The notes under the pieces were generated by a model, which saw nothing but the letters and a program-made list of their open reading frames with translations, was not told the DNA's origin and searched no databases. From an uncultured bacterium (GTDB lineage Bacteria; Zixibacteria; MSB-5A5; CAIYYT01), in assembly GCA_963726455.1 (NCBI GenBank), contig CAVSCK010000004.1, positions 832,001-896,000 on the forward strand: a DNA stretch of 64,000 bases. The letters are read 5' to 3'. The number at the start of each line of letters is the position of its first letter. The stretch's first letter is position 1. This document shows, in pieces, positions 30,188 to 39,261 of this stretch. The position numbers and the translations under genes are program-made.

Positions 30188-31083
30188 GGCGCCAACCTCG
30201 AACTGTCCACATATTTGAGATAGTTGTCGCGCGACAACCAGAATGATACCACCGATGTGTCGTTGCCATTGGCAATTTTCAACGGCAAAGCGTTTAGATA
30301 GAGATCCACTGCGTTCGCCCGTCCGAACCGCAGGAACATGCTATCTTGCATGGCAAACCAGAGCGTGTCATTAGTTCTGATCATGCCGTCCTGCAACGTT
30401 GTATCCGAATCCCTGCGGATTCTAAACCAACTCCTGCCCTTGCCGACGATAAGCAGCAATACACTGTCGGGAGCTACGCTTTCGCCCACGGTGTCGACCG
30501 CAGCGGAATCGGCTACCAGCCCGGAATCAGTAGAATCAGCCACGATCACGCTTGAATCGACGACCGCCTGCTTTTTCGGCACGCTCTTTGGAATGGCCTG
30601 CGGAATTACAACTTTGGTCGGCGTACGATAATCGAGAGTGAGTTTGACCAGAAAGAAACCGAGCACGATAATTACCACCACGAGCGCCGCAACCAGCAGC
30701 GATTTGCCGCCGCTGCGCTGCGGCTCTTCCTGACGATAGGAACTAATGGGAGTCGGCTTTGGCGCAGTCTCAGGCGGACGTACCGGACGCGGCGCCGGCT
30801 TTGCGCCTTCAATGGGCGGAGCCGGAGTTGATTGCGGCAGACGCATCAACAAATCCTCGATCGCCACGCCGAGATATTCGGAATACGCTTTGATAAACAA
30901 ATCTTTGAAAACATGATCGGGGAATATTGAATCGTCGTCGGCCTCAATGGCAGCCAGGTACTTTTCGTGTATCTTCAGGATGTTGGCAACTTCCGCCAGA
31001 GTCAGTTCCTTCTCCTGGCGCAGTTGCTTCAAGTATGAACCGATTGTTTCCTGATTCTCGTCCTGATCGAATTCGAACGTCAC
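30184..31083 (-). CDS. rodZ: RodZ-like protein (HTH, TM, periplasmic DUF4115-like domain)
   Basis: 'IGSYLKQLRQEKELTL...YLAAIE...FIKAYSEYLG', single TM, 'GRANAVDLYLN'. Confidence 0.8.
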   Translation of the reverse strand: MTFEFDQDENQETIGSYLKQLRQEKELTLAEVANILKIHEKYLAAIEADDDSIFPDHVFKDLFIKAYSEYLGVAIEDLLMRLPQSTPAPPIEGAKPAPRPVRPPETAPKPTPISSYRQEEPQRSGGKSLLVAALVVVIIVLGFFLVKLTLDYRTPTKVVIPQAIPKSVPKKQAVVDSSVIVADSTDSGLVADSAAVDTVGESVAPDSVLLLIVGKGRSWFRIRRDSDTTLQDGMIRTNDTLWFAMQDSMFLRFGRANAVDLYLNALPLKIANGNDTSVVSFWLSRDNYLKYVDSSRLAP

Positions 31084-31721
31084 TTCGTGATCTCCCTAAC
31101 CATTCGCACAAACAACTCAATCGGAAATCCGATGACGTTGTGCAGACTGCCTTCCAACCGTTCCACCAGCAACTCTCCCATCCCCTGGATACCGTAGGCG
31201 CCGGCCTTGTCCATCGGCTCACCGGATGTTACATAAAATGAAATTGCCTCATCGGCAAGCGGATAAAATGTCACATAGCTTTTGTCATAATCGCCGGTCA
31301 CCCGACCCGACTTGTTGTCGCGAATCGCGAGCGCCGTCACGACATAATGTTTTCGTCCCGACAACGTCCGAAGAATCCTGCGCGCATCAGCGACGTCTAC
31401 CGGCTTGCCAAGTATCTTATTGTCGAGCACGACTATCGTATCTGCCGCAACGGTAATACCATTCTCGCCCGGCACATGTGCCAGCTTATGTTGCGCAATA
31501 TCGAGCGCATATTGTTCGGGTGTCACCCCGGTCGGAATATCTTCGTTGACATCGGGGATGATAACGCGGCAATCGATTCCCGCGAGCCGCAGAATCTCTC
31601 TTCGTCTGGGAGAGCCAGACGCAAGCGTAACGGGAATATTGTTGAGAAGTTGTTTCAGATCTCGTACGATATTATCGTCGACCGTCAATTCGAATCGCCT
31701 TTGCTCAGCCGTCACAGTCAT
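31080..31721 (-). CDS. maf: Maf nucleotide pyrophosphatase
   Basis: LASGSPRR, ADTIV, GKP, DKAGAYGIQ. Confidence 0.95.
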   Translation of the reverse strand: MTVTAEQRRFELTVDDNIVRDLKQLLNNIPVTLASGSPRRREILRLAGIDCRVIIPDVNEDIPTGVTPEQYALDIAQHKLAHVPGENGITVAADTIVVLDNKILGKPVDVADARRILRTLSGRKHYVVTALAIRDNKSGRVTGDYDKSYVTFYPLADEAISFYVTSGEPMDKAGAYGIQGMGELLVERLEGSLHNVIGFPIELFVRMVREITK

Positions 31722-32170
31722 TTTCTCTTCTCTTCGGAGTCGAGGATAATCGTCACCGGTCCCCAGTTACACAACTCGACTGCCATTTTTGCGCCGAACA
31801 TTCCCGATGCCACTTTCACGCCCTCGGCGCTTATCTTATTCTTATAGTGTTCGAACAACCTTTCCGCCGCAATCGGTTCCAGCGCGTCGGTAAATGCCGG
31901 CCGCCGACCTTTGCGCGTGTCAGCATATAATGTAAACTGACTGACGGCCAGCACCGACCCACCGACATCCGCAAGCGACAAGTTCATCTTGTCGTTGTCA
32001 TCCTCGAAGATCCGGAGGTTGACAGTTCGCTCGGCAAGTATCTCGGCATCGCGTTCCGTGTCGCTGTGGGTCGCGCCAACTAAGACCAACAATCCGTTTT
32101 CAATGGCGCCGACGGTTTCAGTATCTACTTCTACCCTGGCCCACTTAACCCGTTGCAGCACCAGACGCAT
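31718..32170 (-). CDS. dtd: D-aminoacyl-tRNA deacylase
   Basis: 'MRLVLQRV', SQFTL, NWGPVT. Confidence 0.96.
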   Translation of the reverse strand: MRLVLQRVKWARVEVDTETVGAIENGLLVLVGATHSDTERDAEILAERTVNLRIFEDDNDKMNLSLADVGGSVLAVSQFTLYADTRKGRRPAFTDALEPIAAERLFEHYKNKISAEGVKVASGMFGAKMAVELCNWGPVTIILDSEEKRK

Positions 32171-32394
32171 CGATGCTCCTCTTAGCCGGTGGGCAACAGA
32201 CCCACGTCAAAGCCGTCAAAAGCTTGTGTCAAATAGCGGAAAATCAAGGAATTGTCAACTAAAACAATGGGGGATAAGACGTCGGAGGGCTTCATCAAGT
32301 ACTTTAAGTCATCATCGGAAGCCGTTAGATGGCAGACGGCCGGCTCCGCCAAATTCCCCTATCACTCCTGCTCCCACCGTGACGGAAGAAGGCA

Positions 32395-32826
32395 TCATCC
32401 TATCGAAAACTTCCTGATTCTCTTCAGGTGCCGTCCCGCTTCAAACGTCGTCTCCAACCACACTTTGACAATCCGTTCCCCCAACTCCGGCGTCACGAAT
32501 TTCGAACCGAGCGTGAGAATATTGGAGTCATTGTGCTGTCGGGAAAGAATTGCCATCTCCTCATCGAAAGCATACGCGCCGCGGATTTCGGGGAGCTTGT
32601 TGACCACCATGTTCATGCCGTTACCGGTCCAGCAAATCGTGACGCCACGATCAGTCTCATGGTTGGCGACAGAGTGAGCGACGCGCATTCCGTAATCGGG
32701 GTAGTCGGTCGATTCCTCCGAGTCAGTGCCGAAGTCGATGACTTCATGTCCGAGCTTAGTGAGATATGATTTGAGATGTTCTTTGAGTGCAAAACCTTTA
32801 TGATCAGCGCCGAGAGCGATTTTCAT
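32395..32826 (-). CDS. rpiB: Ribose-5-phosphate isomerase B
   Basis: 'GADHKG', DYPD, CWTGNG, 'HNDSN', 'GRH..R'; start moved to MKIALG. Confidence 0.93.
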   Translation of the reverse strand: MKIALGADHKGFALKEHLKSYLTKLGHEVIDFGTDSEESTDYPDYGMRVAHSVANHETDRGVTICWTGNGMNMVVNKLPEIRGAYAFDEEMAILSRQHNDSNILTLGSKFVTPELGERIVKVWLETTFEAGRHLKRIRKFSIG

Positions 32827-32863
32827 GTGCGGTGCCCTATGCGAAAATAATTCCGTCAGACTC

Positions 32864-32928
32864 ATAGGTCGAAACCCCTGATGGAACAACGGCGGATGTT
32901 TGGGATTTCGCCTGCCGGGGTTTCGACA
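32864..32928 (+). repeat. REP-like hairpin, family C
   Basis: ATAG-GTCGAAACCCC...GGGGTTTCGAC-A; related copy at 58212-58272. Confidence 0.65.
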
Positions 32929-32980
32929 TTTCTTTCATTCCGAAATTGGTGTTGTCGAAACAACGCCCACAGGGGCCAGA

Positions 32981-33904
32981 TTACTTGTTTACAAACGTCA
33001 GCCAGCCGTGGCAGTCGTTACCTTCTTCGATTACGTTGAAGAACGCCTTCTGCAATTTCTTGGTCACTTCCCCTGCGCGACCGGTGCCGATGGTGATTCG
33101 ATCAATCGAGCGAATCGGCGTGATCTCGGCGGCGGAGCCGGTGAAGAAAACTTCATCGGAGATGTACAGCATTTCACGCGGGATATTGCGCTCCTGAACT
33201 TCGATACCCATTTCTCGCGCCAGCATAATCACGGTATTGCGCGTGATGCCCGGTAGAATCGAAGCATTGTATGGCGGCGTCAGCAGGATACCCTCGAAGT
33301 AGACGAAAATGTTTTCGCCTGAGCCCTCGGAGACCATGCCGTGATGATCGAGCGCAATACCTTCGACATAGCCGTTCTGCAGCGCCTCGAGTTTGATCAA
33401 CTGGCTGTTCATATAATTTGCGCCGGCTTTGGCCATCGCCGGAAATGTGTTCAGCGCCATCCGATTCCAGGAAGAGACACAGACATCAACTCCGTTGTCG
33501 AGCGCGTCGCCGCCGAGATACTTGCCCCACTTCCAGACGGCTATCGAGACGTCAATCGGGCAGTTCGTCGGATCGACACCGAGTGCGCTGTAGCCACGGT
33601 ACACCAACGGGCGGATATAACAGCTATCCATCTTGTTTACGCGGATCAGTTCGACCTGCGCTTCGTTGAGCTGGTCGAACGTGTAGGGAATTTTCATTCG
33701 GTAGATTTTGCAGGAATTGAAGAGTCGCTTGGTATGATCCTGCATTCTGAATACTGCGGTGCCCTTCTTCGTGTTGTAGCACCTGACGCCCTCAAAAAGA
33801 CTGCTTCCGTAATGGACGACATGGGAAAGCACGTGAATTTTAGCGTCGTCCCAGTTGACAAACTGACCATTCATCCAAATCTTGTCAACCTTGTCGAAAG
33901 CCAT
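32981..33904 (-). CDS. ilvE: Branched-chain amino acid aminotransferase
   Basis: 'HYGSSLFEG', 'AKAGANY', 'EGSGENIF', 'LPGITR'. Confidence 0.95.
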   Translation of the reverse strand: MAFDKVDKIWMNGQFVNWDDAKIHVLSHVVHYGSSLFEGVRCYNTKKGTAVFRMQDHTKRLFNSCKIYRMKIPYTFDQLNEAQVELIRVNKMDSCYIRPLVYRGYSALGVDPTNCPIDVSIAVWKWGKYLGGDALDNGVDVCVSSWNRMALNTFPAMAKAGANYMNSQLIKLEALQNGYVEGIALDHHGMVSEGSGENIFVYFEGILLTPPYNASILPGITRNTVIMLAREMGIEVQERNIPREMLYISDEVFFTGSAAEITPIRSIDRITIGTGRAGEVTKKLQKAFFNVIEEGNDCHGWLTFVNK

Positions 33905-33922
33905 ATATCCTCCTACCTCAGA

Positions 33923-35074
33923 CTAAGCGTCTACTTTGATGGACTTAAGTATAGCACGGGCGATGACCACACGTTGAATTTCGGAAGTGCCTTCGCCTAT
34001 TTCAGTCAATTTCATATCGCGGAACATGCGTTCCACCGGATAACGCGGGGAGAATCCCTCGGAGCCAAGCACACTGATGGCCTCGGTAGTCACGTAATTG
34101 CAGACTTCGGAGGCGTACAGTTTCGCCATCGCGGACTGCTGCGAGAAGTTCAGCTTCTTGTCTTTCATCACGCTGGCGCCGTATATCAATCCGCGCGCCG
34201 CCTCGATACGAGTCGCCATGTCGGCAAGCTTCCACTGAATCGCCTGGAATTCGCCGATCGGTTTGCCGAACTGTTTATGTCTGGCGGCAAAATTGGCGGC
34301 GGCTTCAAAAGCGCCGACTGCCAGTCCAAGCGCCATCGCAGCAATGGAAATGCGGCCACCATCAAGCGTAATCATGAACTGCTTGAAGCCCTCACCCTCA
34401 GCGCCGATGCGGTTTTCTACCGGAACCTTCACATCATCAAAATGCAGGAAAGCAGTATCGGAGCCACGGCAACCCATCTTGTTTTCTTTCTTGCCGACAG
34501 AAAATCCCGGCATGCCTTTTTCGAGCACAAACGATGTGATACCCTTGACGCCACCGCTCTTGTCGGTGCGCGCAGTGACAATGGCATACTTGCAGAGATT
34601 CGATGAAGTGATCCAGCACTTGGTACCGTTCAGCACATAATGGTCGCCATCGCGAGACGCATACGATTGCGTGCCGCCGGCATCGGAACCCGCCTGCGGT
34701 TCGGTGAGTCCAAACGCCACCAGCACCGGTTCGGATTTATCATTCTTCAAATAGCGATTTCGTTGTTCGGTGCTGCCGAAATTGTAGATCGGACCGACGC
34801 CCAGAGAATTGTGCGCCGCCACCGTCAGGCCGGTGGAGCCGCAGACGCGGCAGAGTTCTTCAACAATGATTGAATACTGGACGGTGTTGTAATCAAGCCC
34901 GCCGTATTCCTTCGGCAGTTGGATCTTCCACCAACCCTGCTGCTGTAGTTTTTCCAAATTGGATTTGGGAAATATCTGTTTATCGTCGGCTTCGCAAGCC
35001 AAGGGGGCTATTTCGCTATCGCAGAATTCCCTGACCTCGGCGCGGAATTTTGCATAATCGGAGTCGGCAAACAT
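33923..35074 (-). CDS. Acyl-CoA dehydrogenase (short/branched chain)
   Basis: 'LTEPQAGSD', 'NGTKCWIT', 'KMGCRGS', 'EIGEGTSEIQR'. Confidence 0.93.
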   Translation of the reverse strand: MFADSDYAKFRAEVREFCDSEIAPLACEADDKQIFPKSNLEKLQQQGWWKIQLPKEYGGLDYNTVQYSIIVEELCRVCGSTGLTVAAHNSLGVGPIYNFGSTEQRNRYLKNDKSEPVLVAFGLTEPQAGSDAGGTQSYASRDGDHYVLNGTKCWITSSNLCKYAIVTARTDKSGGVKGITSFVLEKGMPGFSVGKKENKMGCRGSDTAFLHFDDVKVPVENRIGAEGEGFKQFMITLDGGRISIAAMALGLAVGAFEAAANFAARHKQFGKPIGEFQAIQWKLADMATRIEAARGLIYGASVMKDKKLNFSQQSAMAKLYASEVCNYVTTEAISVLGSEGFSPRYPVERMFRDMKLTEIGEGTSEIQRVVIARAILKSIKVDA

Positions 35075-36225
35075 CAGCGCACGTTCTCCTGCATCAGAGC
35101 GCGCGCAATCACCATCTTCTGCGCTTCCGTGGTGCCTTCATATATTTCCGTTATACGCGCGTCGCGGAAGTAGCGCTCCACAGGATATTCCTTCACGTAG
35201 CCGTAACCGCCATGAATTTGCACTGCTTCGTTGGCAACGTAGTTGGCCGTCTGCGACGCAAACAGCTTCGCCATCGAGACTTCCTTGACCGATTGGACGC
35301 CCGTGTCGTATAAGGTTGCCGCGCGATAGGTGAGCAATCTGGCGGCATCAATGCGCGTGGCCATCTCGGCGAGTTTGAATTGCGTTGCCTGGAATTCGAT
35401 AATCGGCTGTCCGAACTGTTTGCGCTCGCGCGCATAAGAGACCGCCTCGTCGAACGCCGCCTGCGCGATACCCAACGCCTGCGACGCGATACCGATGCGG
35501 CCGGCTTCAAGCAACGAGAATGCGATGCGCAGTCCGTGACATTCGTCGCCCAGAAGTTGTGCTACCGGAACCTTGCAATCGATAAACGAAACCTCGCGCG
35601 TGTCGGAGGCCCTAAGACCCATCTTCTTTTCCGGCTGCCCCAGGCTCATTCCCTTCGCACCTTTTTCGACAATGATGCAGGAGATTCCCTTGCGCCCTTT
35701 TGTCGGGTCGGTAATGGCGAACACAATGAAAATCGAGGCATAACCCGCGGAGGTCACCCAGCTCTTGGTACCATTAAACACAAAATCGTTGCCGGTTTTG
35801 ATGGCGCGGCATTGCAAACCGCCGGCGTCGGTACCGGAACCGGGCTCGGAGAGACAGTAAGCGCCAATGATTTCGCCGGCTGCCAACTTAGGAAGGTACT
35901 GCTCTCTCTGTTCCTTGGTACCGAATTTGGCGAGCGCCTTGATGACAAGGGAATTCTGAACCGAAACCGAAACGGACAAAGCCGCGCAAGCTTTGGAGAG
36001 TTCCTCCATCACGAGAGCGTAACTCAGCGTGTCAACTGCCAGGCCGCCGTATTCTTCGGGCGCCAGCAATCCGTAGTAGCCGAGTTCTGCCGTTTCTTTC
36101 AACAGCTCCGGCGGCATTTCCGATTTGGCGTCAAGCTCTTCCGCGATGGGCTTGAGTCGCTTCTGGGCAAACTCACGCGCCGTATCGCGCATCAAAATCT
36201 GATCTTCCGATAAATTGAAATCCAT
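35074..36225 (-). CDS. Acyl-CoA dehydrogenase (butyryl-CoA dehydrogenase-like)
   Basis: 'LSEPGSGTD', 'QIHGGYGY', 'EIYEGT'. Confidence 0.93.
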   Translation of the reverse strand: MDFNLSEDQILMRDTAREFAQKRLKPIAEELDAKSEMPPELLKETAELGYYGLLAPEEYGGLAVDTLSYALVMEELSKACAALSVSVSVQNSLVIKALAKFGTKEQREQYLPKLAAGEIIGAYCLSEPGSGTDAGGLQCRAIKTGNDFVFNGTKSWVTSAGYASIFIVFAITDPTKGRKGISCIIVEKGAKGMSLGQPEKKMGLRASDTREVSFIDCKVPVAQLLGDECHGLRIAFSLLEAGRIGIASQALGIAQAAFDEAVSYARERKQFGQPIIEFQATQFKLAEMATRIDAARLLTYRAATLYDTGVQSVKEVSMAKLFASQTANYVANEAVQIHGGYGYVKEYPVERYFRDARITEIYEGTTEAQKMVIARALMQENVR

Positions 36226-36347
36226 GGTCGCTCGCCTATGTAAAATGGTCTATTTCATCGTCACAACACCGTCCGGTGAAGAAGCCCTTCCCCAAACGCG
36301 AAACACAATTAACGAATGTCCACCGTGGAAGTCAAGGTACAAGGCAG

Positions 36348-36375
36348 ACAAACGGGGCACACTACTGTGTGCCCC
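36348..36375 (-). terminator. Probable terminator after hbd
   Basis: GGGGCACAC-N4-GTGTGCCCC stem followed by GTTTGT on the minus strand. Confidence 0.65.
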
Positions 36376-36413
36376 TATTTCGTCAATGTAAATCGGGAAG
36401 AGACGGCACGGCT

Positions 36414-37265
36414 CTACTCGTAATCGTAAAAGCCCTTCTTCGTCTTGCGGCCCAGCCAGCCCGATTGTACCATTTTGCGCAGCAGCGGACAGGGACGGTA
36501 CTTGGAGTCACTGTACCCCTCGTATATCGTCTCCATAATCGCCAAACAGACGTCGAGGCCGATGAAATCAGCCAGTGTCAGCGGCCCCATCGGATGATTG
36601 GCGCCGAGCTTCATCACGGTGTCGATTTCATCGCGCGACGACACGCCTTCCATCAGGGCGAAGATGGCTTCGTTGATCATCGGCATGAGAATGCGGTTCG
36701 CGACGAATCCGGGATAGTCGTTGACCTCGACCGGCGTCTTGTCAAGTTTAAGGCACAGATCTCGAGCGGAATGATAAGTGTCGTCGCTGGTCGCCATACC
36801 GCGAATGACCTCGACGAGCTTCATCAACGGCACGGGGTTCATAAAGTGCATGCCAATGAATTTGTCTTTACGGCCGGTGGCAGCCGCAATTTGCGTGATC
36901 GGCAGCGATGATGTATTGGAGGCAAAGATGACGTCGGGAGGACAGATTTTGTCAACCGCACACCAGAACTTGTTCTTGACCTCCAGATCCTCAAAAATCG
37001 CTTCAATCACCAGATTCGCGCTGCTGAGCGTGCGCATATCGCTGGTTGGCCTGATTCGACCCAACGTGGAATTCTGCTCGTCCTCGGTGATCGTACCTTT
37101 CTTGACTTGTCTTGCTAGATTGCCCCTGATTGTTTCAATGCCCCGCTTAACGTTATCCTCTGCCGTGTCCAACAGTGTAACGTTATAGCCCTTGGCTGCA
37201 ATTACATGCGCGATGCCGTTTCCCATAGTTCCGGCGCCGGCGACAGCCACATTTCTTATTTCCAT
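36414..37265 (-). CDS. hbd: 3-hydroxybutyryl-CoA dehydrogenase
   Basis: GAGTMG, 'SNTSS', 'GMHFMNPVP', 'NHPMGP'; start at MEIRN. Confidence 0.93.
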   Translation of the reverse strand: MEIRNVAVAGAGTMGNGIAHVIAAKGYNVTLLDTAEDNVKRGIETIRGNLARQVKKGTITEDEQNSTLGRIRPTSDMRTLSSANLVIEAIFEDLEVKNKFWCAVDKICPPDVIFASNTSSLPITQIAAATGRKDKFIGMHFMNPVPLMKLVEVIRGMATSDDTYHSARDLCLKLDKTPVEVNDYPGFVANRILMPMINEAIFALMEGVSSRDEIDTVMKLGANHPMGPLTLADFIGLDVCLAIMETIYEGYSDSKYRPCPLLRKMVQSGWLGRKTKKGFYDYE

Positions 37266-37291
37266 GATAATTGTCCTTCCGATTCCCCTGG

Positions 37292-38482
37292 TTACATCAT
37301 CTCGACCGCTAGCGCGACCGCATGGCCACCACCCAAACACAACGTCGCCAGACCGTTCTTTTTGCCGCGATCTTTCAATGCATAGAGCAAGGTCGTGAGA
37401 ATGCGCGCGCCAGAGGCGCCAATTGGATGTCCCAACGCCACCGCTCCACCATTGACGTTGACGCGATTCCAGTCCCAGCCGAGTGCCTTGCCGTCGGCCA
37501 ACGCCTGTACGCTGAAGGCCTCATTTGCTTCTATAAGATCAAAGTGATCCATGCCCACACCCATCATCTTCATCAGCTTCTGAACCGCGAATATCGGCGC
37601 AAAGAATAATTCCTCCGGCGGAGTACCGGCGGTCGTGTACGCAACAATGCGGGCCACCGGCTTGTGGCCATGTTCCTGAGCGTACTTGAGCGAGCTAACC
37701 ACAAGGGCAGACGCGCCATCGTTGATGCCCGGAGCGTTACCCGCAGTCACCGTACCTTCTTTATCAAAAGCCGGCTTCAACTTCGACAGCGACTCAACGG
37801 AAATATCTTTGCGCGGAGACTCATCGGTGTTGTAGGAAACCGGTTCACCTTTCTTCTGTGGAATCAGGACGTCAAAGATTTCTTGTTTGAATTTGCCGCC
37901 CTCAATCGCGGCTACTGCCTTACGGTGGGAGTTATAAGCAAATTCATCCTGCTCTTCACGACCGATGCCGGCTTTCTTGCCTGTATATTCGGCGGCGTTA
38001 CCCATGTGCCAGTTCTTGAACGCGCACCAAAGGCCGTCTTTGATCATCATGTCCTCGACCTTCTGGTTACCCAGCCGCATTCCGGCACGCGCCGTCGGCA
38101 GAGTAAACGGCACGTTCGTCATCGATTCCATACCGCCGGCAACAAACAGATTGCCGTCGCCGGCTTTGATCGCCTGCGCCGACAGCATTACTGACTTCAG
38201 ACCTGAACCACATACCTTGTTGATCGTAAACACCGCGACCTCCGGAGGCAATCCGCCGAAAATAGCCGCCTGGCGACCCGGCGCCTGACCGACTCCTCCT
38301 TGCACCACCTCACCCATAATGCATTCATCAACGTTCTTGGCGTCGATACCCGCACGTTTGACTGCTTCCTTGATTGCCAGTCCGCCCAACTGCGGGCCGG
38401 AAAAACCTGCCAAGGCACCCTGGAATTTAGCCAGCCCCGTGCGGCAGGCAGAGAGTATTACTGCATCCTGTGGGTTACTCAT
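37292..38482 (-). CDS. Acetyl-CoA C-acetyltransferase (bacterial-type thiolase)
   Basis: 'NKVCGSG', NEAF, GHPIGASG, CLGGG. Confidence 0.95.
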   Translation of the reverse strand: MSNPQDAVILSACRTGLAKFQGALAGFSGPQLGGLAIKEAVKRAGIDAKNVDECIMGEVVQGGVGQAPGRQAAIFGGLPPEVAVFTINKVCGSGLKSVMLSAQAIKAGDGNLFVAGGMESMTNVPFTLPTARAGMRLGNQKVEDMMIKDGLWCAFKNWHMGNAAEYTGKKAGIGREEQDEFAYNSHRKAVAAIEGGKFKQEIFDVLIPQKKGEPVSYNTDESPRKDISVESLSKLKPAFDKEGTVTAGNAPGINDGASALVVSSLKYAQEHGHKPVARIVAYTTAGTPPEELFFAPIFAVQKLMKMMGVGMDHFDLIEANEAFSVQALADGKALGWDWNRVNVNGGAVALGHPIGASGARILTTLLYALKDRGKKNGLATLCLGGGHAVALAVEMM

Positions 38483-38602
38483 ATAGATATATCTCCTTGA
38501 GGAAAGATTGATTTAGAATCGTCTTGATCGTCTCGGCGTTGCGTTGCCGAAGAAGGCGTTTGTTCTGTCAAGTATCTCTATCCCATTCCCCACTCGAGCA
38601 GT

Positions 38603-38653
38603 GGGTGAAATTCTTCACAAGCGCAACTTAAGCAAACTCGCGCGGACGGGCAA
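38603..38653 (-). promoter_or_regulatory. Sigma-70 promoter with Rex-like operator just downstream of -10
   Basis: TTGCCC-N17-TAAGTT (38653-38625), then TTGTGAA-GAAT-TTCACCC (38620-38603), 12 of 14 defined positions of TTGTGAA-N4-TTCACAA. Confidence 0.65.
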
Positions 38654-38754
38654 CGGAAAAGAAGATCATTTCCGAACTCTTGTTCGAGCTGTCCATGAAA
38701 TGTACAATTGAGTTCGTTGACTAGACTGACTAAATGAGGCAAGCCGGGTAGGAA

Positions 38755-39261
38755 TTAGGTGATCTGTTTCAGTTCGATGAGAACCTTGTCCGAATCGACC
38801 AATTCACCGGGGGCGCAATTGATCTTTGTGATCTCGGCCTTAAATGGAGCTACCAGCGGGTTTTCCATCTTCATGGCTTCGACGATCAACAACTTCTGCT
38901 TCGGTTCGACAGTCTGCCCCGGCTCAACCAGAATCTTGACGACCTTCCCCGGCATCGGCGCCATAACTCGGGACTTGTCGCCGTGCTCGCCGTGGTCGGC
39001 TCCGAAAGAGTCTCCGTCCTTGCCAGACGGAACCTCGAATGCGTAACTCGCACAATCAGTTATAACATTTAGCTTATTTGACACTTTAACAACACTGACG
39101 TGAGTTTGCTTGCCGTCTCGGCGCAGTAGGTAGGCGCCGTTCGACAATTCCGTGACCTCGAATGAGTGCTGACTATCTGCCAGGGTCAGAGTTAGCTTAT
39201 CGCCGTTGCGCTCGGCGTTAACTTTGATTGGCTCGCCGTTGGCGAAGAATTGATATTCCAT
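38755..39261 (-). CDS. Biotin carboxyl carrier subunit
   Basis: APMPGKV, EAMKMEN biotinylation motif; TAATG stop/start coupling to upstream gene. Confidence 0.9.
   Translation of the reverse strand: MEYQFFANGEPIKVNAERNGDKLTLTLADSQHSFEVTELSNGAYLLRRDGKQTHVSVVKVSNKLNVITDCASYAFEVPSGKDGDSFGADHGEHGDKSRVMAPMPGKVVKILVEPGQTVEPKQKLLIVEAMKMENPLVAPFKAEITKINCAPGELVDSDKVLIELKQIT

Noticed and set aside
33341-34606. Long antisense ORFs (also 725-1525, 14422-15231, 15330-16313, 25224-26114, 35380-36213)
   Set aside because: They shadow well-supported genes on the opposite strand and show no recognisable motifs; expected from GC-rich codon bias
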